NCBI GenBank assembly: GCA_963815195.1
Contig: CAWFGE010000014.1
Span: 96,001 to 160,000, forward strand
DNA: 64,000 bases
Origin: an uncultured Planctomycetaceae bacterium
Lineage (GTDB): Bacteria; Planctomycetota; Planctomycetia; Planctomycetales; Planctomycetaceae
Reading direction: 5' to 3'
Shown here: positions 47,083 through 57,060 of the stretch, in pieces
Layout of the letters: every line of letters starts with the position of its first letter
How positions within the stretch are numbered: position 1 is the first letter of the stretch
The notes under the pieces: generated by a model
The model's database searches: none
Seen by the model: only the letters and a program-made list of their open reading frames with translations
What the model was told of the DNA's origin: nothing
Made by a program: the position numbers and the translations under genes

Positions 47083-48873
47083 TTATCGCCGAGTGGAACC
47101 GTCCGCGCCGCGGGCAAACTGGATTCCGCCGGGCTTCGGGCGGCCGAGGATCACGATGTCGTGCCGGCGCAGAAACCGCCGCCGGCGGGCCAGGATTTCC
47201 GTCCCGTCCGGCAATAGCGGCCGCAGGTGTTCCAGGCGGTCGGCCCGCGTGATGAGCAAACTGTCGTCCCGCGACAAGAGTTCCGGCACGTCTTCCGCAA
47301 CCTGGCAGCGCTCGATTTTTCGCTCGGCATAAAACACCAGGCCCGGCGGCAAATAGTTGAAGGCTCCCGCGGGCGAGTTCGGATCCTGATGCTCGAGCAG
47401 TTCCGCCGCGAGATAGGCCCCGTCTTGATGCCGGCTGATCCGCGGTGCCGCCCATGTGAACACGACGAGGATAAACAGCACCGCGACTGCTCCCACCGCT
47501 CGGCGGGCGGCGATGAGTCCGCGGCGTTTGAGAATCCGCCAAACCGCGATCCCGCCCAACATCGGCACCAATCCCACCATCGCCAGCATCGTTTCGCCGG
47601 GCAGCAGAATCGACGCGGCAAGGCCCAGGCCGACCGCCATCGCGATCCCCACGCCTACAAAAGTCCAGGCCGCCCAGGCGAAATCTCGCATCACCGAAGC
47701 GAACACGGCCTCTTCGCCCGCCCGCTCAAACCACCACGCGGTGATGAGGGCCAGCGCCGGATAGCAGGGCAAAATGTAGTTGGGCAGTTTCGTGCGGGCA
47801 CAGGTGAAAAAAATCAGATACACCAGAAACCAGCACACGACGAAGACGACGCCCGCCGACTCCGGCGTTCCCCCGCGAAGCCGGCGAATCACCCCCCGAA
47901 TGACCGGCACGCAAAACACCGACCACGGGAAGAAACCGATCAGAATCGCGATCGGATAATACAGCACCGGACCGTTGTGGCCTTCCATCGGCTTTAAGAA
48001 TCGGCCCACGTTGTGCTGCCCCAAAAACCCGCGAAGCCAGGCTCCATCCGTTTTGATTCCCACGGCGACGTACCAGGGCAGGGCAATCACCGCCACGCAT
48101 ACGAGAATCCAATACGGCCGCATCGCCCAGGCGATCCGCCAAAGCTCGCCCGGCTGAAACGAACGCTTCAAAAATTGCTTGACTCTTATCCAGCGCGAGA
48201 CGGGCGTGGCGATTTCCTGCGGTTCGACGCGGTTCGCGCGAGCGATGGCGGAAACGTACAGAAAGCAGCCGATCACCACCGAAGGCAACAGCACGCCCAC
48301 CGGCCCCTTGGCAAGCACCGCCAGCGCCATCGCACTATAAATCGCCAGAAAAGCCGGCGTCCGCTGCGGCAACAGGTCCCGCCAACCGCGGGCGGAATCG
48401 CACCCGGCAGCCGGCCCCAGGCGGACAAACAAAAACAGCGAAAGCGTAGTAAAGAAAATCAGCGTCGAATCCGGCGTCGAGGCCCGGGCGATCGTCGTGA
48501 ACATCAGCGTGCTGCACAACATGATCCCCGCCCACATCCCCACGCGCTCGGAGAACAGCACCCGGCCGATGTTGTAGGTCAACAGACACGTCCCCAGACC
48601 CAGCGCGGCCGACCAGAACCGGGCCGCGAACTCGCTGACCCCGAACACATGGTACGACGCGAGCATCAACCAATACACCAGAATCGGCTTGTCGGTGCGA
48701 AGCTCCTCGTTGTACGTCGGCACGATCCAATCGCCCCGCACGAACATTTCCCGCCCGCACTCCGCGTTTTTCGGCTCATCCTCGTCGAACAGCTGCGGCG
48801 CGCCCAGGCCGAGAAAAAATGTCAGCAAAGCCATCCCGGCCACAAGCATCCATCGGGGCATTCGGCGTTCCAT
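47083..48873 (-). CDS. ArnT/PMT-family membrane glycosyltransferase
   Basis: FDEDEPKNA..GDWIVP..DKPIL.YW..EFAARF; LAKGPVG; KLPNYILP.YP. Confidence 0.9.
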   Translation of the reverse strand: MERRMPRWMLVAGMALLTFFLGLGAPQLFDEDEPKNAECGREMFVRGDWIVPTYNEELRTDKPILVYWLMLASYHVFGVSEFAARFWSAALGLGTCLLTYNIGRVLFSERVGMWAGIMLCSTLMFTTIARASTPDSTLIFFTTLSLFLFVRLGPAAGCDSARGWRDLLPQRTPAFLAIYSAMALAVLAKGPVGVLLPSVVIGCFLYVSAIARANRVEPQEIATPVSRWIRVKQFLKRSFQPGELWRIAWAMRPYWILVCVAVIALPWYVAVGIKTDGAWLRGFLGQHNVGRFLKPMEGHNGPVLYYPIAILIGFFPWSVFCVPVIRGVIRRLRGGTPESAGVVFVVCWFLVYLIFFTCARTKLPNYILPCYPALALITAWWFERAGEEAVFASVMRDFAWAAWTFVGVGIAMAVGLGLAASILLPGETMLAMVGLVPMLGGIAVWRILKRRGLIAARRAVGAVAVLFILVVFTWAAPRISRHQDGAYLAAELLEHQDPNSPAGAFNYLPPGLVFYAERKIERCQVAEDVPELLSRDDSLLITRADRLEHLRPLLPDGTEILARRRRFLRRHDIVILGRPKPGGIQFARGADGSTRR

Positions 48874-49100
48874 CGCGTTGTTGTCTCCGTTCGTCCGTCT
48901 GCGGGCTTCCCAAGATTGCCTGGATTCTTTGGCTTATCGGATTTTCGGACCGATTTGGGCAGATTCCCTCTTTCGCGAAATCCAAAAATGGTGAAAATGC
49001 CCCGGTCCACCCGACAAGATAAACAGGGTTTTCTCAAAAAATCGCTTTGAGATCCAGAACATTTCGGAATCGCTCGCTCCACTCGACAGATTACCAGTTT

Positions 49101-49838
49101 ATGACGGTCACTCCGCTCAAAGGGCATTCCACCGCCTGTCCACAGGACAACCGCCTCTGGCAAGAGGAGCATCCGTTGTGGATTTCGCACGCCTTTACCT
49201 GGAGAGGCTTGATCCCGCCGGGTCTGTTGCTGCTGGCGGCGTGCCTGTTTCTTCCCGCGGATGTCTGGGTGTCGCTGTATTACTACAAGATTCCCGCGGG
49301 GCATCCCAAATTCTTGCGGAACATCTTGGATAACGTGGAACCGTTCGGGCACGCGGTGGGCGTCGTGGTCGCGGCGTTGTCGGTGATGCTCTTGGACGGC
49401 CGGCAATGGAAAACGGGCTTCAGCGTCTTGGGGGCGGGACTCGGGGCCGGGCTCGCGGCGGATGTCGCCAAGCTGCTCATCGGCCGGGTCCGGCCGCGGA
49501 ATTTCGATTTTGACACCCTGGACGTCCGGGCGACGTTTGAAGGGTTTCTGCCGTTTTTCAGCGGGACCTCGGGCAGCCAGAGCTTTCCCTCGGCCCACAC
49601 CGCGACGGCCTTTGCGATGGCGGTGATGCTCAGTTCCCTCTATCCCCGCGCGCGGGTGCTGTTTTTCCTCTTGGCGTTTCTCGTGGCGGGGCATCGCCTG
49701 CATTCGGGCGCGCATTATCCGAGCGACATTCTCACCGGGGCCGCGATCGGCTGGCTGTTTGCGATGTGGTGCATCCGTCTCGCGGTCCAGCACCGCTACC
49801 TCGCCACTCCCTCGGAATCCACGTCCGCTATTCGATAA
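49101..49838 (+). CDS. PAP2-family phosphatase
   Basis: KLLIGRVRP, SFPSAHT, RLHSGAHYPSD. Confidence 0.9.
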   Translation: MTVTPLKGHSTACPQDNRLWQEEHPLWISHAFTWRGLIPPGLLLLAACLFLPADVWVSLYYYKIPAGHPKFLRNILDNVEPFGHAVGVVVAALSVMLLDGRQWKTGFSVLGAGLGAGLAADVAKLLIGRVRPRNFDFDTLDVRATFEGFLPFFSGTSGSQSFPSAHTATAFAMAVMLSSLYPRARVLFFLLAFLVAGHRLHSGAHYPSDILTGAAIGWLFAMWCIRLAVQHRYLATPSESTSAIR

Positions 49839-50646
49839 ACTCGAACACGGCCTTGGTGGGCGGGTCATCGGGCAGGCCGAGTTCGGCATTGATCCTGCGG
49901 TGATTGGTGTCTTTCGCCGGGAAGGTCTTGGCGGAAATGCCCGCTTCCCTGAGCGCCTCGGCCAGCCGGTTCGATTGCAGCTTCGTTTCGGGATGCTCCG
50001 CCACATGCAAAATCAGAAACGGCGGGAGCGATTTCCCCTTGGCCACGTGGCTCACGGGCGAGAGGTCCTTTTGGCTTTCCTCATCGCCGAACTTTCGGCG
50101 GTAGATGTTGGCGATCCGCTCTTCGACGGTCCGAATCTGCAGGGGGACATCGTAAGTGTCGCCGTCCACGGGGACGCAGCCTTTGACGATCTTTAGGGGC
50201 AACCCCTCGGCCTTCAGATAACTGTCATCCGTGCAAAGGAGGGCGGCCAGTTGCGCCCCGGCGGAATGGCCCATCACGTAAAACCGCTTGGGATCGCCGC
50301 CGATCTCGCCCGCATGATCGTGAACCCAGCGGAACCCCTTCGCCACGTCGCCGGCCATCTCTTTGATGGATGCTTCGGGAATCAAGCGGTAGTTCGTCGA
50401 GACAAACACGTACCCGCGGTCCACAAACGCCTGGGGCTTTTTGTCCATTTCGGATTTGTCCCCCGCCTGCCAGCCGCCGCCGTGGATCCAGAACACGATT
50501 GCGTGCGTTTTGCCGTCCGCCGGCGAATAGACATCGAGTGTCTGCCGTTTGTTCTGCGTCTCGGCATAAGCCACATCCCGAAGGGTCCGCATTTCCGCCC
50601 CGCGCACGGAGCCGGCGAGCAACAACAAAACCGGAAGCCATCTCAT
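49828..50646 (-). CDS. Secreted alpha/beta hydrolase (HSL-type esterase)
   Basis: HGGGW, GHSAG, signal peptide. Confidence 0.9.
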   Translation of the reverse strand: MRWLPVLLLLAGSVRGAEMRTLRDVAYAETQNKRQTLDVYSPADGKTHAIVFWIHGGGWQAGDKSEMDKKPQAFVDRGYVFVSTNYRLIPEASIKEMAGDVAKGFRWVHDHAGEIGGDPKRFYVMGHSAGAQLAALLCTDDSYLKAEGLPLKIVKGCVPVDGDTYDVPLQIRTVEERIANIYRRKFGDEESQKDLSPVSHVAKGKSLPPFLILHVAEHPETKLQSNRLAEALREAGISAKTFPAKDTNHRRINAELGLPDDPPTKAVFEFIE

Positions 50647-50954
50647 GCCGTATTCCTTATCGCAAAGAGAAGAATCATCGCCGAAATCCCCTGGTCATGT
50701 CCCCTCGTTGCCAAGCTGGAGCTTGGGAACGAGAGGAATCACTTCACGGATATGATGGAGCGCCCCGACGCTGGAAACAAGTCTGCCGGAAAACGCGGGT
50801 TCCCCGGAACGGCCTTGTCATTTAAGATTAAGAGTATTCCCCCTGAGCAACGGTTCGCCCGCATTGCATATTGTCTTTGGGCGGTTGCCTCTCTTGCTTG
50901 TCCAATCCTTCGGAGTCTGTTGTTTTGGCTGCTCATAAACAAACCATTTGCCGA

Positions 50955-52505
50955 ATGGGTTCTGTGCTGGCGTTGTGGCTGGGTTTGGGCGGCTTCTGCC
51001 CGCCGGTTTTCGGAGCCGTTCTCGCCGACCAAAGTGCGCGGGCCAGGCAACTGGCGAGCTATCAAGAGCAATACCGCGAACTGGCGGAGAAATACACCCA
51101 GGGGTTGGGGCAAATCGCCGACAAAGCCGAGCGGTCGGGTTTCGCCAAGGAGGCGAAAGCCATCCGGGGACTGGCGGTTCCGTTTGATCCCGAAAAAATC
51201 CAAGCCGACGGCCTGCCCCGCGCGGCGCTGCCGGATCTGCCGGTGAGTCTGCCGGACGCGGAGCGTTGGCGGCTCGAACTGCGACAGCACCGCGAAGACT
51301 ACGCCAACCATCTGTATGTGCTGTCCCGGCGACTTTTGCGGTCGAAGTTTCCCAGTGCCTCGTACCGGCTCGTGCGGGAAGTCGCCTCGGCCTATCCCGA
51401 TCACCCCGGAGCCCGGCGGATTCTGGGATTTCAACCTTGGAAAGGCGAGTGGATCACCCCCTTCGAGGCCGAGCAAGCCCGCAAGAATCTTGTCTGGCAC
51501 GAGAAATACGGCTGGCTCCTCAAAACCTACGTCAAACGCTACGAAGACGGCGAACGCAATTTCCGCGGCAGCTGGATGCCGGCGGCGAAAGAAGAAGGAA
51601 TCCGCCGCGTCTTCTCGAACGCGTGGATCATTCGCACCGAGAATTTCCTGATCGAGACCAACCACAGCCTGGAGCGGGGCGTCGAGATCGCGACAAAGCT
51701 CGAAGAATATCACGACTTTTTCGTGCAGACCTTCGTGGGATTTTTTCAAACGCCCAAGCAGCTCGAGGATTTGTTCAACGAAGCCGCCCGCCACCGCCGG
51801 GGCACGAAGTCGGACGCCGAACGGTTCCACGTCCACTATTACCGCACCCGCGACGAGTACATCCAGGCCCTCAAGCAGAAAGTGCCGCAGGTCGCGATCA
51901 CCAACGGCCTGTACCACAACGGCGACCGCATCGCTTACTTTTACGACGCCCCCAAAGAAGACAAGGAAAGCTTGGACTCGACGTTGTTCCACGAAGCGAC
52001 GCATCAACTGCTTTACGAAACCCGCTTCCGCAACCCCCGGATGAGCCAGGGCGTGGGGGACGATGCGAACTTTTGGATCGTGGAAGGCATCGCGTGCTAT
52101 ATGGAGTCCCTCAAACGCCAGGCCGGGAGCGTCACGCTGGGCGATCCGGAATTCATCCGCTTCTATTGGGCGCGGAACCGTTACCTCAAGGAAAGCTATT
52201 ACGTTCCGCTGGCGGAGTTCGCTTCCATGGGGATGCGAGAATTCCAGAGCCATCAAAACATCTCCCGCAATTACAGCCAGGCTTCGGGATTGGTGCATTT
52301 CTTCATGCACTCTCAAGGCGGCGTGTACCGCGATGCGATGATCGAGCACATTTCGCAGATCTACGCCCCCGGCCGGCGGCTTCAATCCGCCGCGAGCTTG
52401 GCCGACCTCACCGGCGTGTCGTTCCCCGAGTTGGACAAGCAATACGGCGACTACCTCCGCGCCGAGCAGGATGCGATCGACCGCGCCCAATCCCGCACGC
52501 CGTAA
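50955..52505 (+). CDS. DUF1570-like HExxH-domain protein
   Basis: STLFHEATHQL..WIVEGIACYME..YSQASGLVHFF. Confidence 0.75.
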   Translation: MGSVLALWLGLGGFCPPVFGAVLADQSARARQLASYQEQYRELAEKYTQGLGQIADKAERSGFAKEAKAIRGLAVPFDPEKIQADGLPRAALPDLPVSLPDAERWRLELRQHREDYANHLYVLSRRLLRSKFPSASYRLVREVASAYPDHPGARRILGFQPWKGEWITPFEAEQARKNLVWHEKYGWLLKTYVKRYEDGERNFRGSWMPAAKEEGIRRVFSNAWIIRTENFLIETNHSLERGVEIATKLEEYHDFFVQTFVGFFQTPKQLEDLFNEAARHRRGTKSDAERFHVHYYRTRDEYIQALKQKVPQVAITNGLYHNGDRIAYFYDAPKEDKESLDSTLFHEATHQLLYETRFRNPRMSQGVGDDANFWIVEGIACYMESLKRQAGSVTLGDPEFIRFYWARNRYLKESYYVPLAEFASMGMREFQSHQNISRNYSQASGLVHFFMHSQGGVYRDAMIEHISQIYAPGRRLQSAASLADLTGVSFPELDKQYGDYLRAEQDAIDRAQSRTP

Positions 52506-52588
52506 AGCGTCGAATTCCGCGGTCCTCCCTGGTATAGTGAACGCTGCAATCGAAGCCGGTTTTCATCATCCTTGCGAGGATCATCCCC

Positions 52589-54135
52589 TTGAGCATTCGC
52601 CGAACCGCCCGCGAGTTGTTGTGCGGGCCCGTATTGTTTTTCCATATCGTCGCCTCGGCGCCCTCGGCGGAGAAGACCCCGGCCCCCAAGTGGTCCGTGG
52701 ACGTGGAGTTCTCTCCCCAAGTTCATGCCAAACCCTACACCGGCCGGGTGTATTTGTTTTTCAGCAAACAAGACGAGCAGCCGCGCATGGGGCCGAACTG
52801 GTTTCGCCCGGAGCCGTTCGTGTCCCGCGATGTGAAAGACTGGAAACCCGGCGAGACGCTGACTTTCTCCAATAAAACTCCCGGCCGGATGCTCGCGTAT
52901 CCGCGCGAGTTCTCGACGGTCGATTTGTCCGGCTACCATGTGCAAGCCGTCGCCCGGTTTAATCCGTACGAGCGAAACGTCGGCACCGGAGCGGGCAACG
53001 GTTATAGTTCCGCCCGGGAACTTCCCGCCGATCTGATCAAGGACCAAGAGCCATTGCGGTTGGCGATCGACCAGATCGTGCCCGAGCGCAAGTTTTCCGA
53101 AACCCGCTGGACCAAAGAACTCACGGTCCGCTCCGGGCTCTTGAGCGACTTCCACAATCGGGACGTGTATCTAAAAGCCGCGGTGCGGTTGCCGGCGAGT
53201 TATTACGAACAGCCCGAGCGGCGGTATCCGGTGATCTATCAGATCCCAGGTTTCGGCGGCACGCATTTCATCGGGAAGCGAGAAGAACCCGTTGAAGAAG
53301 ACAACAAACAGGGCGTGGAATTCCTGCGGGTGATTCTCGATCCCAGTTGTCCCTTGGGGCATCACGTGTTTGCGGACTCGGCGAACAACGGGCCCGTGGG
53401 CGAAGCGCTTATCAAGGAACTCATCCCCGCTCTCGATGAAAACTACCGCACCGTTGCAAAACCCACCGCGCGGTTTTTGACGGGGCATTCCTCGGGCGGC
53501 TGGAGCAGTCTTTGGCTGCAGGGGACCTATCCCGATTTCTTCGGCGGGACCTGGAGCACCGCCCCCGATCCCGTGGACTTCCGCGACTTCCAGCGAATCA
53601 ACCTCTACAAAGATGGCGAGAATATGTACAAGGACGCCGACGGCGAACGCCGTCCTCTGCCCGCGCCGGCGGCAAAGTCCTGCTGTGGTATCGCGACTTC
53701 GACCACATGGAAACCGTGCTTGGTCCCGGCGGCCAATTGCATAGTTTCGAAGCCTGCTTCAGCCCCCGCGGAAAAGATGGCAAACCGGTGCGCGTCTGGA
53801 ACACAGACACCGGCGAAATCGACACCGCCGTCGCCAGGACCTGGGAGAAGTACGACATCCGCCTGATTCTCGAACGCCACTGGAAAACCCTCGGGCCGAA
53901 ACTCCAAGGCAAGCTGCACGTGTTCATGGGCAGCGAGGACACGTTTTATCTCGAAGGGGCCACGATGCTCCTCAAGGAATCCCTGGACAAACTCCCCGGC
54001 GATGCGGTCGTCGAAATCCACGAAGGCAAAAACCACGGCAGCCTGATGACCCCGGAACTCATCAGCCGCATCCGTAGCGAAATGACCGCAGCCTTCTTAA
54101 AACATCATCAACCGATAGAGCGACAAGACAATTGA
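52589..54135 (+). CDS. Putative esterase (alpha/beta hydrolase), frameshift near 53660
   Basis: VRLPASY..RRYPVIY, DSANNGP, GHSSGG, PDPVDFRDFQ; the C-terminus is in another frame. Confidence 0.8.
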
Positions 54136-54268
54136 CGCCACGGATGAAACACGAATCGAACACGGATTATAGAGAATGAGTTGACGTAATCTGGTCTGCG
54201 ATACAAACGACGCAATGTCTTTTTTGCACCCAAGTCCTGCACAAGAATAGCCATGCTATTTTTGTCCT

Positions 54269-54372
54269 TACGCCGAAGGCGTTATATGACAAAGCCCAGG
54301 GTCAGCGGCGCAGCCGCGCCACCCTGGGTATCGGTTTCGAAAAAAAATTACGCCGAAGGCGTTAGACAAAGC
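54269..54372. repeat. REP-like palindrome cluster
   Basis: TACGCCGAAGGCGTTA twice, flanking AGCCCAGGG..CCCTGGG; related to the cluster at 43450. Confidence 0.6.
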
Positions 54373-54425
54373 CGTCGTTTTTTGAGGAACAGTAACACCG
54401 TTTTTATGCTGATGGAGTTATCCCG

Positions 54426-55460
54426 ATGAAGTTCACCTCGTTAATTTTTGGTGTGTTGTGTTTAAGCGTTTCCGCGGCTTTCGGGCAAGATCTGAAACCC
54501 ACCGGCGAGGCTTCGATCATCCCGAAAGGGGCGAAGCTTGAAGAGGTTTGGAACGAAGGCCTGTTCACCGAAGGCGTGGCGGCGGCGCCCGATGGAGTTT
54601 TGTATTTCAGCGACATTGCCTTTGTGGCCGAGAAACCCGGGCGGATTCTAAAGTACGATCCCAAGACCGGGAAAACGGAGGTGCATTCCGCCGACAGCGG
54701 CAAGAGCAACGGCCTGTTCTTCGACACCAAAGGCCGGCTGATCGCCTGCTGCGGCGCAAACAACGGCAAACGGGCCGTCGTGGAAGTGCTGGCCGACGGC
54801 AAACTGAACGTGCTCGTGGACCGCTACGAGGGCAAACGGCTCAACTCGCCCAACGACCTGGTCGTGCATCAGGACGGCAGCATCTATTTCAGCGATCCGC
54901 GTTACGTGGGCGAGGAACCGGTCGAGTTGTCCCAAATGAGCGTGTACCGCATCGACCTCGACGGCTCGGTGCACCGCGTCACCCAAAGCACGCCCGGACC
55001 GAACAGCATCCAAAAACCCAACGGCGTCAACGTCTCGCCCGACGGCAAAACGCTGTATGTGGCCGAGAACAACAACGGCAGCCTCGATGTCACCAAAGAA
55101 GACGCCGACACCAAGATGGGCCGGATGACGCTCAACGCGTTTCCCATCCAAAAAGACGGCTCGCTCGGCAAAAAGACCGTGCTCGTGGACTTCGGCGACC
55201 AGGCCGGCACCGACGGCATGACGATCGACACGAAGGGCAACATCTACGCCGCGGTCCGGAGCGAGAAACGCCACGGCATCGTCGTGTTTTCGCCGAAGGG
55301 CAAGGAACTCGCCTACATTCCCACCAAGGATCTGCCCACGAATTGCTGCTTCGGCCGGCGTGATGACGCCCATACGCTGTACGTCACCGCCGGCACGGGC
55401 TTTTATCGCATCAAGCTGAACTCGATCGGTTATCACTCTGTGGAAAACTCGGCGGACTGA
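54426..55460 (+). CDS. SMP-30/gluconolactonase-family protein
   Basis: FTEG, LYFSD, LNSPND, YFSDP, PNG, DGMTID, PTNCCFG. Confidence 0.92.
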   Translation: MKFTSLIFGVLCLSVSAAFGQDLKPTGEASIIPKGAKLEEVWNEGLFTEGVAAAPDGVLYFSDIAFVAEKPGRILKYDPKTGKTEVHSADSGKSNGLFFDTKGRLIACCGANNGKRAVVEVLADGKLNVLVDRYEGKRLNSPNDLVVHQDGSIYFSDPRYVGEEPVELSQMSVYRIDLDGSVHRVTQSTPGPNSIQKPNGVNVSPDGKTLYVAENNNGSLDVTKEDADTKMGRMTLNAFPIQKDGSLGKKTVLVDFGDQAGTDGMTIDTKGNIYAAVRSEKRHGIVVFSPKGKELAYIPTKDLPTNCCFGRRDDAHTLYVTAGTGFYRIKLNSIGYHSVENSAD

Positions 55461-55558
55461 GTTTTTTCAAAGCATTTCGGCAACGTGCGAGTCCGAATAT
55501 CGTCTGGTTCAATACGGTCTTTGTCGCGCTTTTCAAAATCCAGCCCCGGGAGAACTCC

Positions 55559-57007
55559 ATGCGAAACCCCTTTGCCGTCGGTGCCTGTGTTTTTTTGCTG
55601 GCGGGTTTGCTTGGCGCGGAAATCTCCCCGGCACGGGGCGAAGACATCTCGCCGGACGAGGCGCGGTCGGCCCTGCATCGGGCGGTGCGGTTTTTCCGGC
55701 AGGATGTGGCGGCAGGCACCGGCGGCTATTTGTGGCGGTACAGCGCGGACCTCTCCAAGCGGGAAGGCGAAGGCGTCGCCAAGCCCACCACCGCCTGGCT
55801 CCAGCCGCCCGGCACGCCCAGCGTCGGCGAGGCGTATTTAGAAGCCTATTTGCTGACGGGAGACGAGGTGCTCCGCGAAGCGACTTTGGAAACCGCGATG
55901 GCCTTGGTCCGCGGGCAGTTGGTCTCCGGCGGTTGGGCGGACCGCATCGAGTTCGCGCCCGAAGACCGCGGCCGCTATGCCTACCGCATCGACAAAAACC
56001 GCGGCAAGTTCAACCGCACGACCTTCGACGACAACAAATCCCAATCCGCCCTGCGGTTTCTCATGCGGACCGATCAGGCTTTCAAATTCCAGAACGCCAC
56101 GATTCACGAAGCCTGCCTGTATGCACTCGATTCGTTTATCAAAGCCCAATATCCCAACGGGGCGTGGCCGCAGCAGTATGACGAGTTTCCGAACCCGCAG
56201 GACTATCCCGCGCTGAAAGCCTCGTATCCCGAATCGTGGTCCAGAACCTATCCTGCCAAGACGTACCGCGGCTATTACACCCTCAACGACAATACGATTT
56301 CCGATGTGATCGAGACCCTGCTCGAGGCGGCGGAGATTTATAAGCAGCCTCGCTACCGGGCGGCGGCGGTCCAGGGCGGGGAGTTCTTTCTGCTCGCGCA
56401 AATGCCCGACCCGCAGCCCGGCTGGGCGCAGCAATACACGAAAGAAATGCACCCCGCGTGGGCCCGGAAGTTCGAGCCGCCCGCGATCACCGGCAGCGAA
56501 AGCCAGGGCGTGATGCAAACGCTCCTGCTGCTCGCCCGCGAAACCGGCGAAGACAAATTCCTCGAATGCCTGCCCCGGGCTTTGGCGTACTACAAAAAGT
56601 CCGTCCTGCCCGGCGGACGGTTGGCGCGGTTTTACGAACTCAAAACCAACCGCCCGCTGTACTTCACGAAGAAGTACGAGCTGACTTACGAAGCCAACGA
56701 TCTGCCCACGCATTACGGCTTCATCGTGGGCAACAAGCTGGACCGCATCGAACAGGACTACGAGCGACTGAAGGGCAGCGATCCCTCGAAATGGCGAACC
56801 GACCGGAAAGACAAGCCGCCACGGATGACCGATTCCTTGAAGGCCCGCGCGAAGAAAACCGCGGCGCAACTGGACGAGCGCGGAGCCTGGCTGGAAGCGG
56901 GCGAACTGCGCTATCAGAACGCCGAGGATGTCAAGCAGATCATCAACCCCCGCACCTTCAGCCAGAACATCCTGATCCTTGCGGAGTTCCTCGCCGCCTC
57001 GCGCTAA
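55559..57007 (+). CDS. Pectate lyase, PL10 (PelA-like)
   Basis: TTFDDN, AQYPNGAWPQ, YYTLND, WAQQY..AWARKFEPPA. Confidence 0.8.
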   Translation: MRNPFAVGACVFLLAGLLGAEISPARGEDISPDEARSALHRAVRFFRQDVAAGTGGYLWRYSADLSKREGEGVAKPTTAWLQPPGTPSVGEAYLEAYLLTGDEVLREATLETAMALVRGQLVSGGWADRIEFAPEDRGRYAYRIDKNRGKFNRTTFDDNKSQSALRFLMRTDQAFKFQNATIHEACLYALDSFIKAQYPNGAWPQQYDEFPNPQDYPALKASYPESWSRTYPAKTYRGYYTLNDNTISDVIETLLEAAEIYKQPRYRAAAVQGGEFFLLAQMPDPQPGWAQQYTKEMHPAWARKFEPPAITGSESQGVMQTLLLLARETGEDKFLECLPRALAYYKKSVLPGGRLARFYELKTNRPLYFTKKYELTYEANDLPTHYGFIVGNKLDRIEQDYERLKGSDPSKWRTDRKDKPPRMTDSLKARAKKTAAQLDERGAWLEAGELRYQNAEDVKQIINPRTFSQNILILAEFLAASR

Positions 57008-57060
57008 TGTGCACACCATGATGATGACAAGTAGACATTTGGGGAAGGAGAGATCGCGCG

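Noticed and set aside
50703..54170. Other short intergenic repeats (CTCGTTGCCAAGCTGGAGCTTGGGAACGAG near 50703; CACGGAT/CACGAAT units near 54138)
   Set aside because: Look like ordinary REP-like elements with no associated transposase here
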